Origin: Tetramitus jugosus
Taxonomy: Eukaryota; Protista; Heterolobosea
DNA: 64,000 bases
Assembly (NCBI GenBank): GCA_937625935.1
Contig: OW569352.1
Location: forward strand, 62,001 to 126,000
Direction of reading: 5' to 3'
Shown here in pieces: positions 20,334 to 31,700 of the stretch. How positions within the stretch are numbered: position 1 is the first letter of the stretch; every line of letters begins with the position of its first letter. The notes beneath the pieces were generated by a model that saw only the letters and a list, made by a program, of their open reading frames with translations, was not told where the DNA came from and ran no database searches. A program made the translations under genes and the position numbers.

Positions 20334-21164
20334 TCACCTTTGTTCGGAATCTTCCTCGGGTGAAATGGGTGAAGAATGAGAGCAAGTTTCTTTCGTCTTG
20401 AATCGAATGTGCGAGTCATGACTTATGGACAGCTTTTGTCGTTTTCTGTTGGCTTCTCCATTCGTTTTTACAGGGGTGTGTGTTTCATCATCGTCCAGCT
20501 GCAAGAACCTTCTTGGTCTTTTGCGAATTCCTTTGGTATTTGTTGCCGAATTGGATGATGGCGAAGAGGGAATGGAACTGCTTTGACTTTGAGGTTGTGG
20601 TGATGTCTCATCTCTTGGCACATAATGGAGGAATTTGATGAAGCTTGGAGACTCATTTCCATTGAGGGACTGGTTTCTTTGTGATTGTGAGAGTTGAGTA
20701 GTGGCAAGTCGTTGTTGTTCTTGGAAGGTCATGGAAAAGAGGCGAGTCAATGTTTGAACAGTGTGAGGACTGAGTTCCTTCTCACATTTCGACTCTGTTT
20801 CATTGAGCATGTGCCAAACACTTCTCTTCCTATTATCTTGAGTCAATTGATATGGCCATCGACCAATATCCAACTGATAGAATCTTCTCTTGAGTGTGGA
20901 CAATGAAACACCAAGTTTTTGAGCAGCCAGACGCTGTGGACAGTGAAAGTATTTTGACATCTCTTCTCTTGTGATTTGAATTTTGTTGCGGAAGGAGGTT
21001 GGCTTGGCTGGGTTCATGACACGGGAAGTCCGAGATGCAGTAACTGGTTTGTCATTTTCAGATGGAGGGATGCCATCTTCTTCTGTGATCCTTGGTTCGG
21101 TGACTTGTTGGCGCAGTTGAGGCTTGGCTGCCAGTTGAGCAGCTTTGGAGGGTATGGCAGGCAT
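20334..21164 (-). CDS. RWP-RK domain transcription factor, paralog 5
   Basis: YFHCPQRLAAQKLGVSLSTLKRRFYQLDIGRWPYQ; start MPAIPS chosen by comparison with paralogs. Confidence 0.9.
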   Translation of the reverse strand: MPAIPSKAAQLAAKPQLRQQVTEPRITEEDGIPPSENDKPVTASRTSRVMNPAKPTSFRNKIQITREEMSKYFHCPQRLAAQKLGVSLSTLKRRFYQLDIGRWPYQLTQDNRKRSVWHMLNETESKCEKELSPHTVQTLTRLFSMTFQEQQRLATTQLSQSQRNQSLNGNESPSFIKFLHYVPRDETSPQPQSQSSSIPSSPSSNSATNTKGIRKRPRRFLQLDDDETHTPVKTNGEANRKRQKLSISHDSHIRFKTKETCSHSSPISPEEDSEQR

Positions 21165-21702
21165 TACTAGGTTACAATATTGTGGGTAGTTGTTTGTTTT
21201 TGGTTCGTTGCTTCTATACCAATGCAAAGAGAACAGGTTTTTATAGCTCGCTTGGTACAAGTGACTTCGACATGTCACTTTGGACCCTTCGTGAGGGAAG
21301 GGAGAGCGATAGCCCCAACTTTGGCTGAAAAAAACAAAAAGAAAGAGGAATCTAACGGGAAGTTGCTTCAATGCACACCTGGAACGTGTTTATGCGCGAT
21401 GAATCGTTTTTCAATTGATTAGGAAATGGTTTTCGCTCCCAATGATGGTTGGTATTTTTCAATGATCGATCCGAGATGTATCCGCATGACAGCGGAAGAA
21501 GTCCTTACTAAAAATTGACTAAAAAAGAAACTTTAGCCTTTATGTGAGAGCGAAACGAAAGGACCAAAAAAATTCTACACAGGATAACAGATATCGCAGA
21601 GAACACTTGGATTTTCACAACTATAAATTTGACACTAAGATCTTAAAAGGACTCAAGAACACGAAACAGTAATGATGCTTGGCTTCCCGTTTTGTGCAAT
21701 TC

Positions 21703-21715
21703 ATTGGTTCGTGAC
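21703..21715 (-). promoter_or_regulatory. Conserved 13-bp upstream motif GTCACGAACCAAT (copy 3)
   Basis: Identical to 11597-11609 and 19964-19976. Confidence 0.55.
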
Positions 21716-21871
21716 TTGAGCGAAAGGTTCAAATCGGAATACACTCAGATCAGTTCGACGAGGGAAATGGAGAATAATGTCAGTGTTTCCATTCATCCGG
21801 CAACCAAGATGGAAGCACTATGCCATCACGGGCGAGAGCTAGAGAAACGGCGTTTTGAATAATGCCGAGTT

Positions 21872-22858
21872 TCAGTATGAACCAATTTTGACTTGTGGAT
21901 GTTTGAACTGAGATGAATCCTTCATCCGAATGGATACTCTCTGATGGCCAATGACCGAGATGGCGGGATAATAAACAATGCCTTGTGTTGGAATGTCTTC
22001 AATGGTGTGAAAGTACTCGTTGTTCTTGAAGAGATACATGGACGCAGTCTTTGAGCTTCCTCTCAAATTCTTCAAGTCAAACTTGATCGCAATCGTGTCA
22101 CCCGAACTGAACACAAAATTCTGCTCACTCAAGATAGAGGTTGCCGTGGCACGTACACGGTTCATGTTAACCGTGTGAATGCCAATGTTGTAACCCACGC
22201 CTTCACTACCTAACCCAATAATCTTGTCCCGATCCACTGTTGTATACTCATACGTACCTGTTTCGATTCCGACAAAGATTCGATATGCATTATAACTACC
22301 ATTGTCATGATCATCCAGTGTGTACTCCCAACAATAAACTCCTCCCATCTCCAATTTTCGATTGGCTCGAATCGTGTCCCACTTGCTCGTTCTCTCACAT
22401 GAGATTGTCTTGTTATTGTTGTACAATTTAAGATCAGTGTCCGGTGTTCTCGACTCTGGTTCCCACTGGATCATGTTCATACGAATCAGATTTCTCCACA
22501 TGTTGTTCTCCACAGTGGTTTCCTCTGCCTCCTCAGAAAGAGAAGCATAAGAAGCCTTGGAAGAATGAGAAGCCAACAATGAAGCATTCATTTCATTGTT
22601 TGTGAGTCCGAATTGGTTGAGAGCCATGGATTTCCACAAGTATCCATCAGAATCTGTACTCAGTACCAGATAGGCACCATGATGACCACTCAACGAGATA
22701 CTATACAGGTCCTTGATCTCCAAGAATGTCAACAGGTACAGTTGTAGGTCACAGGATAGCAATTCAAAGATGTTTTGAGTCCAGGGAATTTCTTGTACAT
22801 TGCCGATTTCATCAGATGATGGCTTGTTGTTTCTTGCTCTCTCTTGGCTGACTGTCAT
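21872..22858 (-). CDS. F-box/SPRY domain protein
   Basis: FELLSCDLQLYLLTFLEIKDL (F-box); GVYCWEY, IFVGI, GDTIAIKFDL, FKNNE, YYPAISV (SPRY). Confidence 0.8.
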   Translation of the reverse strand: MTVSQERARNNKPSSDEIGNVQEIPWTQNIFELLSCDLQLYLLTFLEIKDLYSISLSGHHGAYLVLSTDSDGYLWKSMALNQFGLTNNEMNASLLASHSSKASYASLSEEAEETTVENNMWRNLIRMNMIQWEPESRTPDTDLKLYNNNKTISCERTSKWDTIRANRKLEMGGVYCWEYTLDDHDNGSYNAYRIFVGIETGTYEYTTVDRDKIIGLGSEGVGYNIGIHTVNMNRVRATATSILSEQNFVFSSGDTIAIKFDLKNLRGSSKTASMYLFKNNEYFHTIEDIPTQGIVYYPAISVIGHQRVSIRMKDSSQFKHPQVKIGSY

Positions 22859-23155
22859 GTTTCTGTGTGTTGGTTTTTTGATGTCACTTTCAATCGAACA
22901 CTTCAGCCAGTTCTGAACTAGAACTCAAAAACCTACATTACTGAGTGTTCTCGAGTGGTCTCCTATCTCGGAGCTCGGAGATCTTGTCCATAATCTTTAA
23001 GAATTTGGGATTGGTATCGTGAAGATTCTTTTTAATGTACATTGTGAGTTACGGTATGAGTTATTACAGAGTGATGCTGGTCCATGAAGATGTAACTGCA
23101 AGAATAGGTTCTTTCCTGCGTACAAACCCTCGACAGGCCAACATTTCTTATTGTT

Positions 23156-23896
23156 TCAGAGATTACCTCCAGAATTCTTTTGTCTCTTCCTGGGCGTTCC
23201 TTTCGGAGATCCCTTGGTTGAATTTTTGTCATCGTCCAGCTGCAAGAACCTTCTGGGTCTTTTGTGAATTCCTTTGGTCGAATTGGATGGAGAAGAGGGC
23301 ATTGAGCCTCTTTGACTCTGAGATTGTGGTGATGCTTCATCCCTTGGCACATAATGGAGAAACTTCAAGCTTGGAGACTCATTTGCATTGATAGACCGAT
23401 TTCTTTCTGTTGACAGTTCTTGAGTGGCCAGGAGTTGTTGTTGCTGTAAACTCATCGAAAAGAGACGGCTCAATGTTTGGACAGTGTCCGGGCTGAGTTC
23501 CTTCTCACTCTTTGGTTCCTCTTCTCTCACCAAATGCCAGATACTCCTCCTTCTTGTATCAAGAGTCAACTGATAGGGCCATCGACCTATTCCCAACTGA
23601 TAAAATCTCCTTTTGAGCGTGGACAAGGAAACTCCCAACTTTTGAGCTGCCAGGCGTTGTGGGAAGTGAAAGTACCTCGTCATTTCTGCTCTTGTAACTT
23701 GAATTGTGTTACGGAAGGAGGTTGGTTTGGATGGATTCATTACTCGAGATGAAATCAGTGGTCGATCATGTTCAGTTTGAGGGGAGTGTATCTGGCAGTG
23801 TTCTGGGGATGGAAGCCTCGGTTCGGTCACTAGTTGTTGGCACCAGAATGGAGTGATATCGGTTTCCTTTACTTGGAGTGGAATGGCAGTGTTCAT
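23156..23896 (-). CDS. RWP-RK domain transcription factor, paralog 6
   Basis: YFHFPQRLAAQKLGVSLSTLKRRFYQLGIGRWPYQ. Confidence 0.9.
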   Translation of the reverse strand: MNTAIPLQVKETDITPFWCQQLVTEPRLPSPEHCQIHSPQTEHDRPLISSRVMNPSKPTSFRNTIQVTRAEMTRYFHFPQRLAAQKLGVSLSTLKRRFYQLGIGRWPYQLTLDTRRRSIWHLVREEEPKSEKELSPDTVQTLSRLFSMSLQQQQLLATQELSTERNRSINANESPSLKFLHYVPRDEASPQSQSQRGSMPSSPSNSTKGIHKRPRRFLQLDDDKNSTKGSPKGTPRKRQKNSGGNL

Positions 23897-24589
23897 GTTT
23901 CGGGGATGTTAGATTGGTTTGTTTTCTTAGAAAAAGAATTGTGCTTAGCTACATGTGCTTCGAAATTTGGTATAACGACGAACAACATAACTTGGGCCAT
24001 CATACATGTTGGACCTTTCATGAGAGAAACACGACAACTAGAGCTCTGTTAGGGAGTAGTTTAACATGGAGTTCCCACGTTTGGTTTTAATGTGATGTTT
24101 CTTCCATTAATTTAGAAATGAATCATTCCCACGTCAAGGATCGGATGCCCAGGAGTCCGCTTGTTTGTGAAAAAAGAAATTGGTTTATGCCTTATCCGAA
24201 AAGCAGAGCGAAAGGGTCAAACCAATCACACTCCAAGATAACATAGAAGGTCCTGAAGGATTTTGACGTCCCTTTATCTGTCAAACGAGATTTCTTGCTC
24301 AGGGAAAGAATCAGTTTGTCGTTCATTTGGCTGCCTGTTTTAGTTCAAGAGCTTTATTCTCGACATGTTGGAGTGGGAAAGGTTCATATCCCTCAGAGAT
24401 CCATTATCCACTTTGGACGATTCTCACTATGGTGACATTTGCTAGTGTGGCTGGATGGAGCACTCGCACTACGATACGGAAGTTACACAAAAAACCCAAG
24501 TTAAGTTGTTTGAAAGTAACAATGGATCACAAAAGTTCCAACATGACTGATAATAAGAGCATAGGTGCTGTATTTAGAAGGTTCTGGTT

Positions 24590-25288
24590 CTATGGAGATG
24601 AATAAGAAGTGCTGTTAGTAAGCACATTTTCGAACTTCTCATGTCTCGTCATTACAATTTTCGTCACATCGTAACCCAGTTGCTTGGCATACTCCAACGA
24701 ATGTCTTAACCAAATATCCACCATTGGTTTATCTTCGATCGATCTTGCAAGAACCCACAGATATCTCTTCCTTGGTTCTCCTACCAAAGCAAATCTGTAA
24801 TCCGTTGAAACATCCAGAATCCAGTATTGATCTGGTAGAGGCATATTCGGAAAATGAACTTCCATCTTTGCAGGTTCAGACATATCAGGTACAATTGCCT
24901 TGCCTGTCACATACTTTTTCTTGCCTGTGATCTTGGATTTTCGACCTCTGTTGAGAACGGATAGTGTTCCATTTTCATTCTTCTCAATTGTTGTCTTCAC
25001 GTTGCAAATTTTGTGCTCGAAAGGCACAGGAAGTCGAGCTACTTCATACCAAGTACCCAAATACTGTTCTAGTGAGAAGGGGTGCACCACAGGCATATCC
25101 ATATCTTTGTGTTTGAACCGAGCTGTGACAGCATGGAAGAAATTGGATAGTCGGCGATCATTGTGCTTGCTCCAGCCTGGTCTCACTACTTGAACGCTGG
25201 ATGGATCAATAGTGACATCAGTTGCCACTTCACTATTTCCACTGCTATAAGTGTCCTTTATAAAACTTTGTTCCTTGTTCATTATCAT
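24590..25288 (-). CDS. Lipocalin (Blc/ApoD-like)
   Basis: YLGTWYEVARLP (SCR1), YWILDVSTDYRFALVG, YLWVLAR. Confidence 0.92.
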   Translation of the reverse strand: MIMNKEQSFIKDTYSSGNSEVATDVTIDPSSVQVVRPGWSKHNDRRLSNFFHAVTARFKHKDMDMPVVHPFSLEQYLGTWYEVARLPVPFEHKICNVKTTIEKNENGTLSVLNRGRKSKITGKKKYVTGKAIVPDMSEPAKMEVHFPNMPLPDQYWILDVSTDYRFALVGEPRKRYLWVLARSIEDKPMVDIWLRHSLEYAKQLGYDVTKIVMTRHEKFENVLTNSTSYSSP

Positions 25289-25826
25289 GTGCAGAATAAA
25301 TGTTCTCAGTGTAGGGTTGTGAAAACCGATACTTTACTCAGATCAAAGCTTTGTCTTTGTTGTTGATGTTTGGAAGTGGACAAATTTGATATTCAGCGAG
25401 AATCCACTCAATGGAAGGAATCATGGTTGATTGTATTTTTGAAGCGAAAGTCCAACCAAAAATACATTTTGTCCCACAATGTCGCAAACGAGTTGCCGTC
25501 AACCGAAGCCGATAAAGAACCAATATTTCTTGCTTCACTTCATAGTCGGCCCAGGTTCAAACTTCAAAGGATTTTCATTATCTTTTGAAACTTTTTTCTT
25601 CAAGAGGAGCCATCAAGGGCGTAACAACCCCTTGGTTGGCACACTCACTATTGACCAAACGAAACAGAAATCAACCAAACATTCATTTTGATTGATCGTG
25701 GCGGATAAAAACAATGAGGAGGATTACTCCGTAATATCTGATGAGCGGGTGATCTGTGAAAAAATTGCTTCTCCACCGCAAAAAAATCACTTTGAACAAC
25801 AAGCAAACAACACCACACAAAGCAAA

Positions 25827-27626
25827 ATGATGTTGCGCCAAGCTTCCAAGCTCCAAAAGTGTGTCAAGCACACTGCAATCAAGGCCATCTCAGTCAACAC
25901 TTCTGTTGCAGCTACCAACAACAGCAACAATAGACTTTTCTCCACTTCTTCCATTGTTGAACAAGCTCAACAGCGCATTCTTTCTCCACCAGAGAAGCTT
26001 AAGGTTTGTTGTCATGAAATCTCAAAAAAAAAATTTTTTTACCATGGAAAAAAAACTTGATCACACGAAAGCTAACAACAACATTATCTTTTTTTTTCTG
26101 AATAGCTCTTGCAACAAAGAGTGGACAAGATTAAGCAAGAAGCAAAGCTAGGTGGTGGTCAAAATCGTCTCGATAAGCAACATGAGAAGGGTAAGCTCAC
26201 TGCTAGAGAACGTATTGAGTTGTTGCTTGATGAGGGCAGTTTCAGAGAGTATGACATGTTTGTGAGACACAGATGCACTGATTTTGGTATGGAACAGCAG
26301 AGCTTTGCTGGTGATGGTGTCGTTACTGGTCACGGAACCATCTATGGTCGTCTCGTCTTTGTCTTCTCACAGGACTTTACTGTTGTTGGTGGTAGTTTGT
26401 CAGAGACACATGCTCAAAAGATTTGCAAGATTATGGACAAGGCTTTGCAAGTCGGTGCACCAGTCATTGGTATCAATGACTCTGGTGGTGCTCGTATTCA
26501 AGAAGGTGTTGGTTCATTGGCCGGTTATGCTGAAGTCTTTCAGAGAAATGTGAACGCATCTGGTGTCGTTCCACAAATTTCATTGATTATGGGACCTTGT
26601 GCCGGTGGTGCAGTGTACAGTCCTGCCATGACTGATTTCATCTTTATGGTCAAGAACACTTCTCACATGTTTGTGACGGGACCTGATGTCGTCAAGACTG
26701 TGACCAGAGAAGATGTGACCATGAACGAGTTGGGAGGAAGTGCTACCCATACTCAAAAGTCTGGTGTGGCTCATTTGGCATTTGAGAATGATATTGATTG
26801 TTTGATCAGAACCAGAGAATTCCTCAACTTTTTGCCATTGTCCAACAAGGACAAGGCACCAGTGATTGAGAATGTGGATCCAAGAACAAGAAGCGACGAG
26901 TCATTGGACTTTATTATTCCACCTGATTCCAATACACCATACGATATGAAGAATGTGATCCGACCAATTATTGATGAGGGTAACTTCTTTGAGATTATGC
27001 CTGATTTCGCAAAGAACATTCTGACTGGATTTGCAAGAATGGAGGGACAAACTGTTGCTATTATTGCCAACCAGCCATGCGAGTCTGCTGGTGTCTTGGA
27101 TATTGACTCCAGTGTCAAGGCTGCTAGATTTGTTCGTTTTGCAAATGCATTCAACATTCCTATTCTCACCTTTGTTGATGTTCCTGGATTCTTGCCTGGA
27201 ACTAAGCAAGAGTACGGTGGTATCATCAGACACGGTGCTAAGCTATTGTTTGCTTATGCTGAAGCCACTGTTCCAAAGATTACTATTATCACTAGAAAGG
27301 CCTATGGTGGTGCCTATGATGTCATGTCCTCCAAGCACTTGAGAGGAGATTGCAACTATGCATGGCCAACTGCCGAAATTGCTGTGATGGGTAAGGAAGG
27401 TGCTGTCAAGATTTTGAAGAACTCCATGGGACCAGGTACCATCCAAGAAAAGGAACAAGAGTACGCCGACAAGTTTGCCACTCCATTCAGAGCAGCTGAG
27501 AGAGGATTCTTGGACGATGTTATCGTACCAAGCACCACCAGACAGAGAATCTGTGAGGACTTGGAGATTTTGAAGACAAAGGAGCTCTCTAACCCTCAAA
27601 AGAAGTTGTCCAACATTCCTCTCTAA
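25827..27626 (+). CDS. PCCB: Propionyl-CoA carboxylase beta chain, mitochondrial; intron 26004-26105
   Basis: [44 protein letters not shown]; presequence-like exon 1; GTTTGT...GCTAAC...TAG phase-0 intron. Confidence 0.96.
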
Positions 27627-27733
27627 AGTACGACTGTCGATACTTATTAAAGAATAATGGATTTGTTCAGTGTGTACAAAGAGTGTTTACAAGTGTTTAC
27701 CTCCTGGAAAAAACAATTTTAGTGTTCCATTCT

Positions 27734-28645
27734 TTACAACAAGAACCAAGTCACAATGACGCAAAAGGCAATGAAAAACGATAGAGCCACCATATCTCTC
27801 TGCCTCTTTTGTTGAATACGAACAATCATTCCATCAATCACTGGAAAACGTGCTCTCATGCCACCTAGTTTAGCATTTGCACCAGAGATGAGCATTCTCT
27901 GATAGGACATGTTGCCTCGAATTTCATGTGCTTGATCAAGCAAACGACTCGCAGAGTCATCAATACTCAAAATGGCATCACCATCAGCAGTTGTCCGATT
28001 CAATCGATCCAACTCACTCATGCCACCATCATTATTACCACTGCCATTATTACTATTATTATTATTGATGGGTGAGTAGAGCATGTTTGATCGTTGAACA
28101 CTCATTCTCCATTTTTGTAATTCTCTCTGCATGTCGTTCATTGTTTGACCGTGTTGATGAATTTGATCTCTCATGTGCACTGGCAGTTCAATCATTTCAT
28201 CACTACTACTACTACTACTACTACTGTTACTATTGTCATGAAGTAATCTCTTCTTTTCTGATGCGTCATCATCACTATCATCATCATCACTTGATGATCC
28301 ATTCATACTATTCTTCTGTTGTTGTTGTTGTTGTTGATTCACATGATTCATTCGATGATTCAACGACACGAGTTCATTCAACAATTGTTGAGCTTCCTTG
28401 TCCAGTGTCTGTATCCGATCCAATAATTTTTGACGTTCATTTGTATTGTGACTATGATTGTGATGCTGATGATGATAATGAGTGGTATTATGAGTGTGAT
28501 GGTTGTTGGTCTCTAGGTGATTCAACTTGTGAACGAGTCGAGACAATTGATCCAATTTTTGATTGAGTAAATGTTCTTTTTTGGAGGCGTCCTTGTTCAA
28601 TTCTTGAAGAGGAACGAGTTTTCTGCTTGGAATACTCTTGAGCAT
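27734..28645 (-). CDS. Golgi Qb-SNARE, Gos1/GOSR1-like
   Basis: SNARE motif ...QR...RFPVIDGMIVRIQQKRQRD followed by a C-terminal TM helix. Confidence 0.78.
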   Translation of the reverse strand: MLKSIPSRKLVPLQELNKDASKKEHLLNQKLDQLSRLVHKLNHLETNNHHTHNTTHYHHQHHNHSHNTNERQKLLDRIQTLDKEAQQLLNELVSLNHRMNHVNQQQQQQQKNSMNGSSSDDDDSDDDASEKKRLLHDNSNSSSSSSSSDEMIELPVHMRDQIHQHGQTMNDMQRELQKWRMSVQRSNMLYSPINNNNSNNGSGNNDGGMSELDRLNRTTADGDAILSIDDSASRLLDQAHEIRGNMSYQRMLISGANAKLGGMRARFPVIDGMIVRIQQKRQRDMVALSFFIAFCVIVTWFLL

Positions 28646-28760
28646 TTATTTGTTGTTGTTGTTTGTTTTATTTGCTATTGTTGTTGTTGTTCTTTTGATT
28701 TGTTCGCTATTGTTGTTGTTTTTTTGGGATGTAAAAAAAACAGTCAGCATCCACACAGAG

Positions 28761-31700
28761 TTAGGAGGTGAATACATCATCGGCAAGCTTGTCCAGGTCA
28801 ATGCCCTGTGGAACGAAACGAATCATCGTGTAAAGAGTGCGGATATCATGGGTGGTGAGAGAGGCAGCCAAAAAATTACGTACGTCTGTCCAACTCGACA
28901 GAGAGCACTTGGAGGCGAGAGAGTTCAGTACAGCTTTCATATCCTGGGCAGACATGATTGGTCGTACGTTCTTACTAATGAAGAGCATCAGGTCATCAAA
29001 CGATAGAAGAGCAGAGGATTTCTCGAGATGAGGAGCTGCGTTCAGGAATTGAGACACCTCATTTTCATTTTGAAACTTCATTCCTAATGCTCGAAGTAAT
29101 TTGGACAACTTCTCGTAGTGGATGTGAGTAGTTTCGTCTGTTGTTCTATTATTCTTCGCAAAATGCATAAATGTAGATTTCACTACATCGACTATGTCCT
29201 TTGGAACATTGTACTTTTGTTGAATGTCCCTTCTTTCTCGTTCTTCACGGTCAAGTTCTGAACTCCTCTTCTTCATCTCATTCTGTATATCATGCCACTG
29301 ATCCTTCATCTCGTCCCATCCAATAATACCATACAACTCGACTGCATCTCGAATGAAACTCTCTCGATTATCATTCCTTTCTCTATTTAACGAGACTTGC
29401 CGATGTTCGTCACAGATAGATGAATAATTAGCCTTTATAGAAGTAACGTACTCCATCCTCATGGATTGCACCGATTCTTCTAACAATTGAATGATTTCAG
29501 AGGAATCGATAATCTTTGTTTTCTCAGGTAACAGGAGCACGAGGTTTTGTTCGAACCAGAACTGAAGGTTGTTAAATTTACTCACATATTCACCAGCATA
29601 TGATGAGTGTTGATCATACAGAGTTTGCATACATTGGTGTTCATTTTGGAGTTTAGTTTTCAATCTCTCTAAATTCTCCAACTTTTCTTTCAGCGAGAAC
29701 TTTGTTAGGGTTGTGAATGTGACATCTGATAAAGTTTCATCTTTCTCCTCTTCTAATTTGTGTATCACATCCTCAAGTAAATCTCTTACAGTGCTCGATC
29801 GAGATTCTATCATTTCCATCTCGAGAATACAATTGAGTAAATCAACCTTCTTCTGTTTCAATGATTTGAGATTATGGTTGTCATTTTGAATTTCAGAGAA
29901 TTTGTCTTCCACACTTTTGATATCAGATAATAGGGAGTCAAGGAGAGTATCTACATTCTCCAAATCACACGCTTGTTTTTGGAGAGATGATTCATACGCT
30001 TGATGAGCTACAACCGATTCGAACGTTGAATCTACTGAGGGAAGATCGAGCATTTTGTTGAGTACTTGTTTTCTCAAACGAGAGAGCTCTTCAACGTAAT
30101 TCTTTTCCTTCTCGACAGTAATGTACTTGGTTGCCCTTTCTTCATAATATTCATGTTGGATATGAAGAATTTTCAGATCCAACAGGGATAGCTGGGAATC
30201 ATAGTAAGAATTGACTTCGAATATCTGATCCATCGTACTTAGTGCGTCTTTATACCATGAAGTAAGTTCTTCTCGTTCTATGTTCAATGGTCTGATAGTT
30301 GAATTGAGGTTATTGGCTAGCAGCTGTTGTCTTACTCGATCGATTCTGTCAAGGGTATTCAAGCATTGCTGCCAAACATCTTCTATCTTATGTTTCATAT
30401 CGAGCTCAAGACCACGATCAATTACTTTCTGTACCCTTTCCAAATACAACAGGGAGAGCGAGGAGAATTTCTTGCACAGCGCAACAGTTTGAACACTCAA
30501 AGATAACGCACACCTATATTTTTCAGGAAGAGATATTCCACTCTTCAATGTATGCACTATGTATGCTCTTCCAACAGTTGAGGTAATTTCAATTTCATCA
30601 TCACTTACACTTACTTCATCATCCATATTATCTAGTTTTGTCTGGACTGCCCCCAGTTCTCCAATTAATGTCTCTGACCACTCCTCATATTCAGAAGAGA
30701 TCATCGAAAGGGAATGAATAGATATGCTTGCAGAGTCTGATTCTTGCTGTAGGTTTTCAATAATAGATTTGAACCTTTCAGCTAAATTATTGAGACAAAT
30801 CATCAATGATTTAGACACTGTATCGTCAAGAGTATCTTCGAATCGCTGGTGTATATTGCGAAGTGCTGGTATCACATCTTGAGAGTATAAAATATCCATG
30901 TCAGATAAAAATTTCTTTGCTGGCGAACTATTATCAAGTAATTCTACAATTCTTTTGGTTAATGTGTTGAACAATTGTTCATAATCTCGACAAAGGAGGG
31001 AGTAGATTTCCTGAAGTCGAATCTCATCACGATTTCTCTCGATAGGGAGCTTGTTAAGTTTTTCAATAAAGGTCTTTTGTTTTGTCGCATCCAGATGATG
31101 AACTAACTCTTGCAAGAAGTTTTTCTCTTTCTCCACTAAAGGTTTTGATTTCATTGTTTCGAATGCATCATTTATCCTTTCTGAAATAGCGACCATGGAT
31201 CCCTTATCGTATGAATCCTCAATAAAACGTCCCAATTGGTGAGTCAAACACTTCACTACTTGTGCCATTGTTTGGTCAAGTTCCAACCATCTCGTTTGTA
31301 AGATTTCATCGCTTGTCAAATTGTTGTTGAACAAGTGATCTTTAAGTTTTTGATTGGACGATAATTCTTGCTTGAAAATAGAAAATGTGACAATATTATC
31401 GACCATAGTCGAGAAGGTTACATTGTCTTTCGAAAGTCTATCAACCAGTTTTGAGAGGTCCGTCAGAGAAGAGCAGACCCAGCGATCCAAATACAACTCC
31501 GAGAAGAAATCATCTATATTTTCCACTCTCGATATGATTACACTCAATTCGTGGTACTTTGTTTTGTTTTCTATCGCTAAATTCTGCAGTTTCTTTCCTA
31601 ATTCTTGGAAAGAACTTAGAAAAGTGCTCATTGATGATTTAACTGCTTTCTTGAAAGTAATCTGTTGCAGAAAATCGTAAAGTGCGATGAGTGTTCTAAG

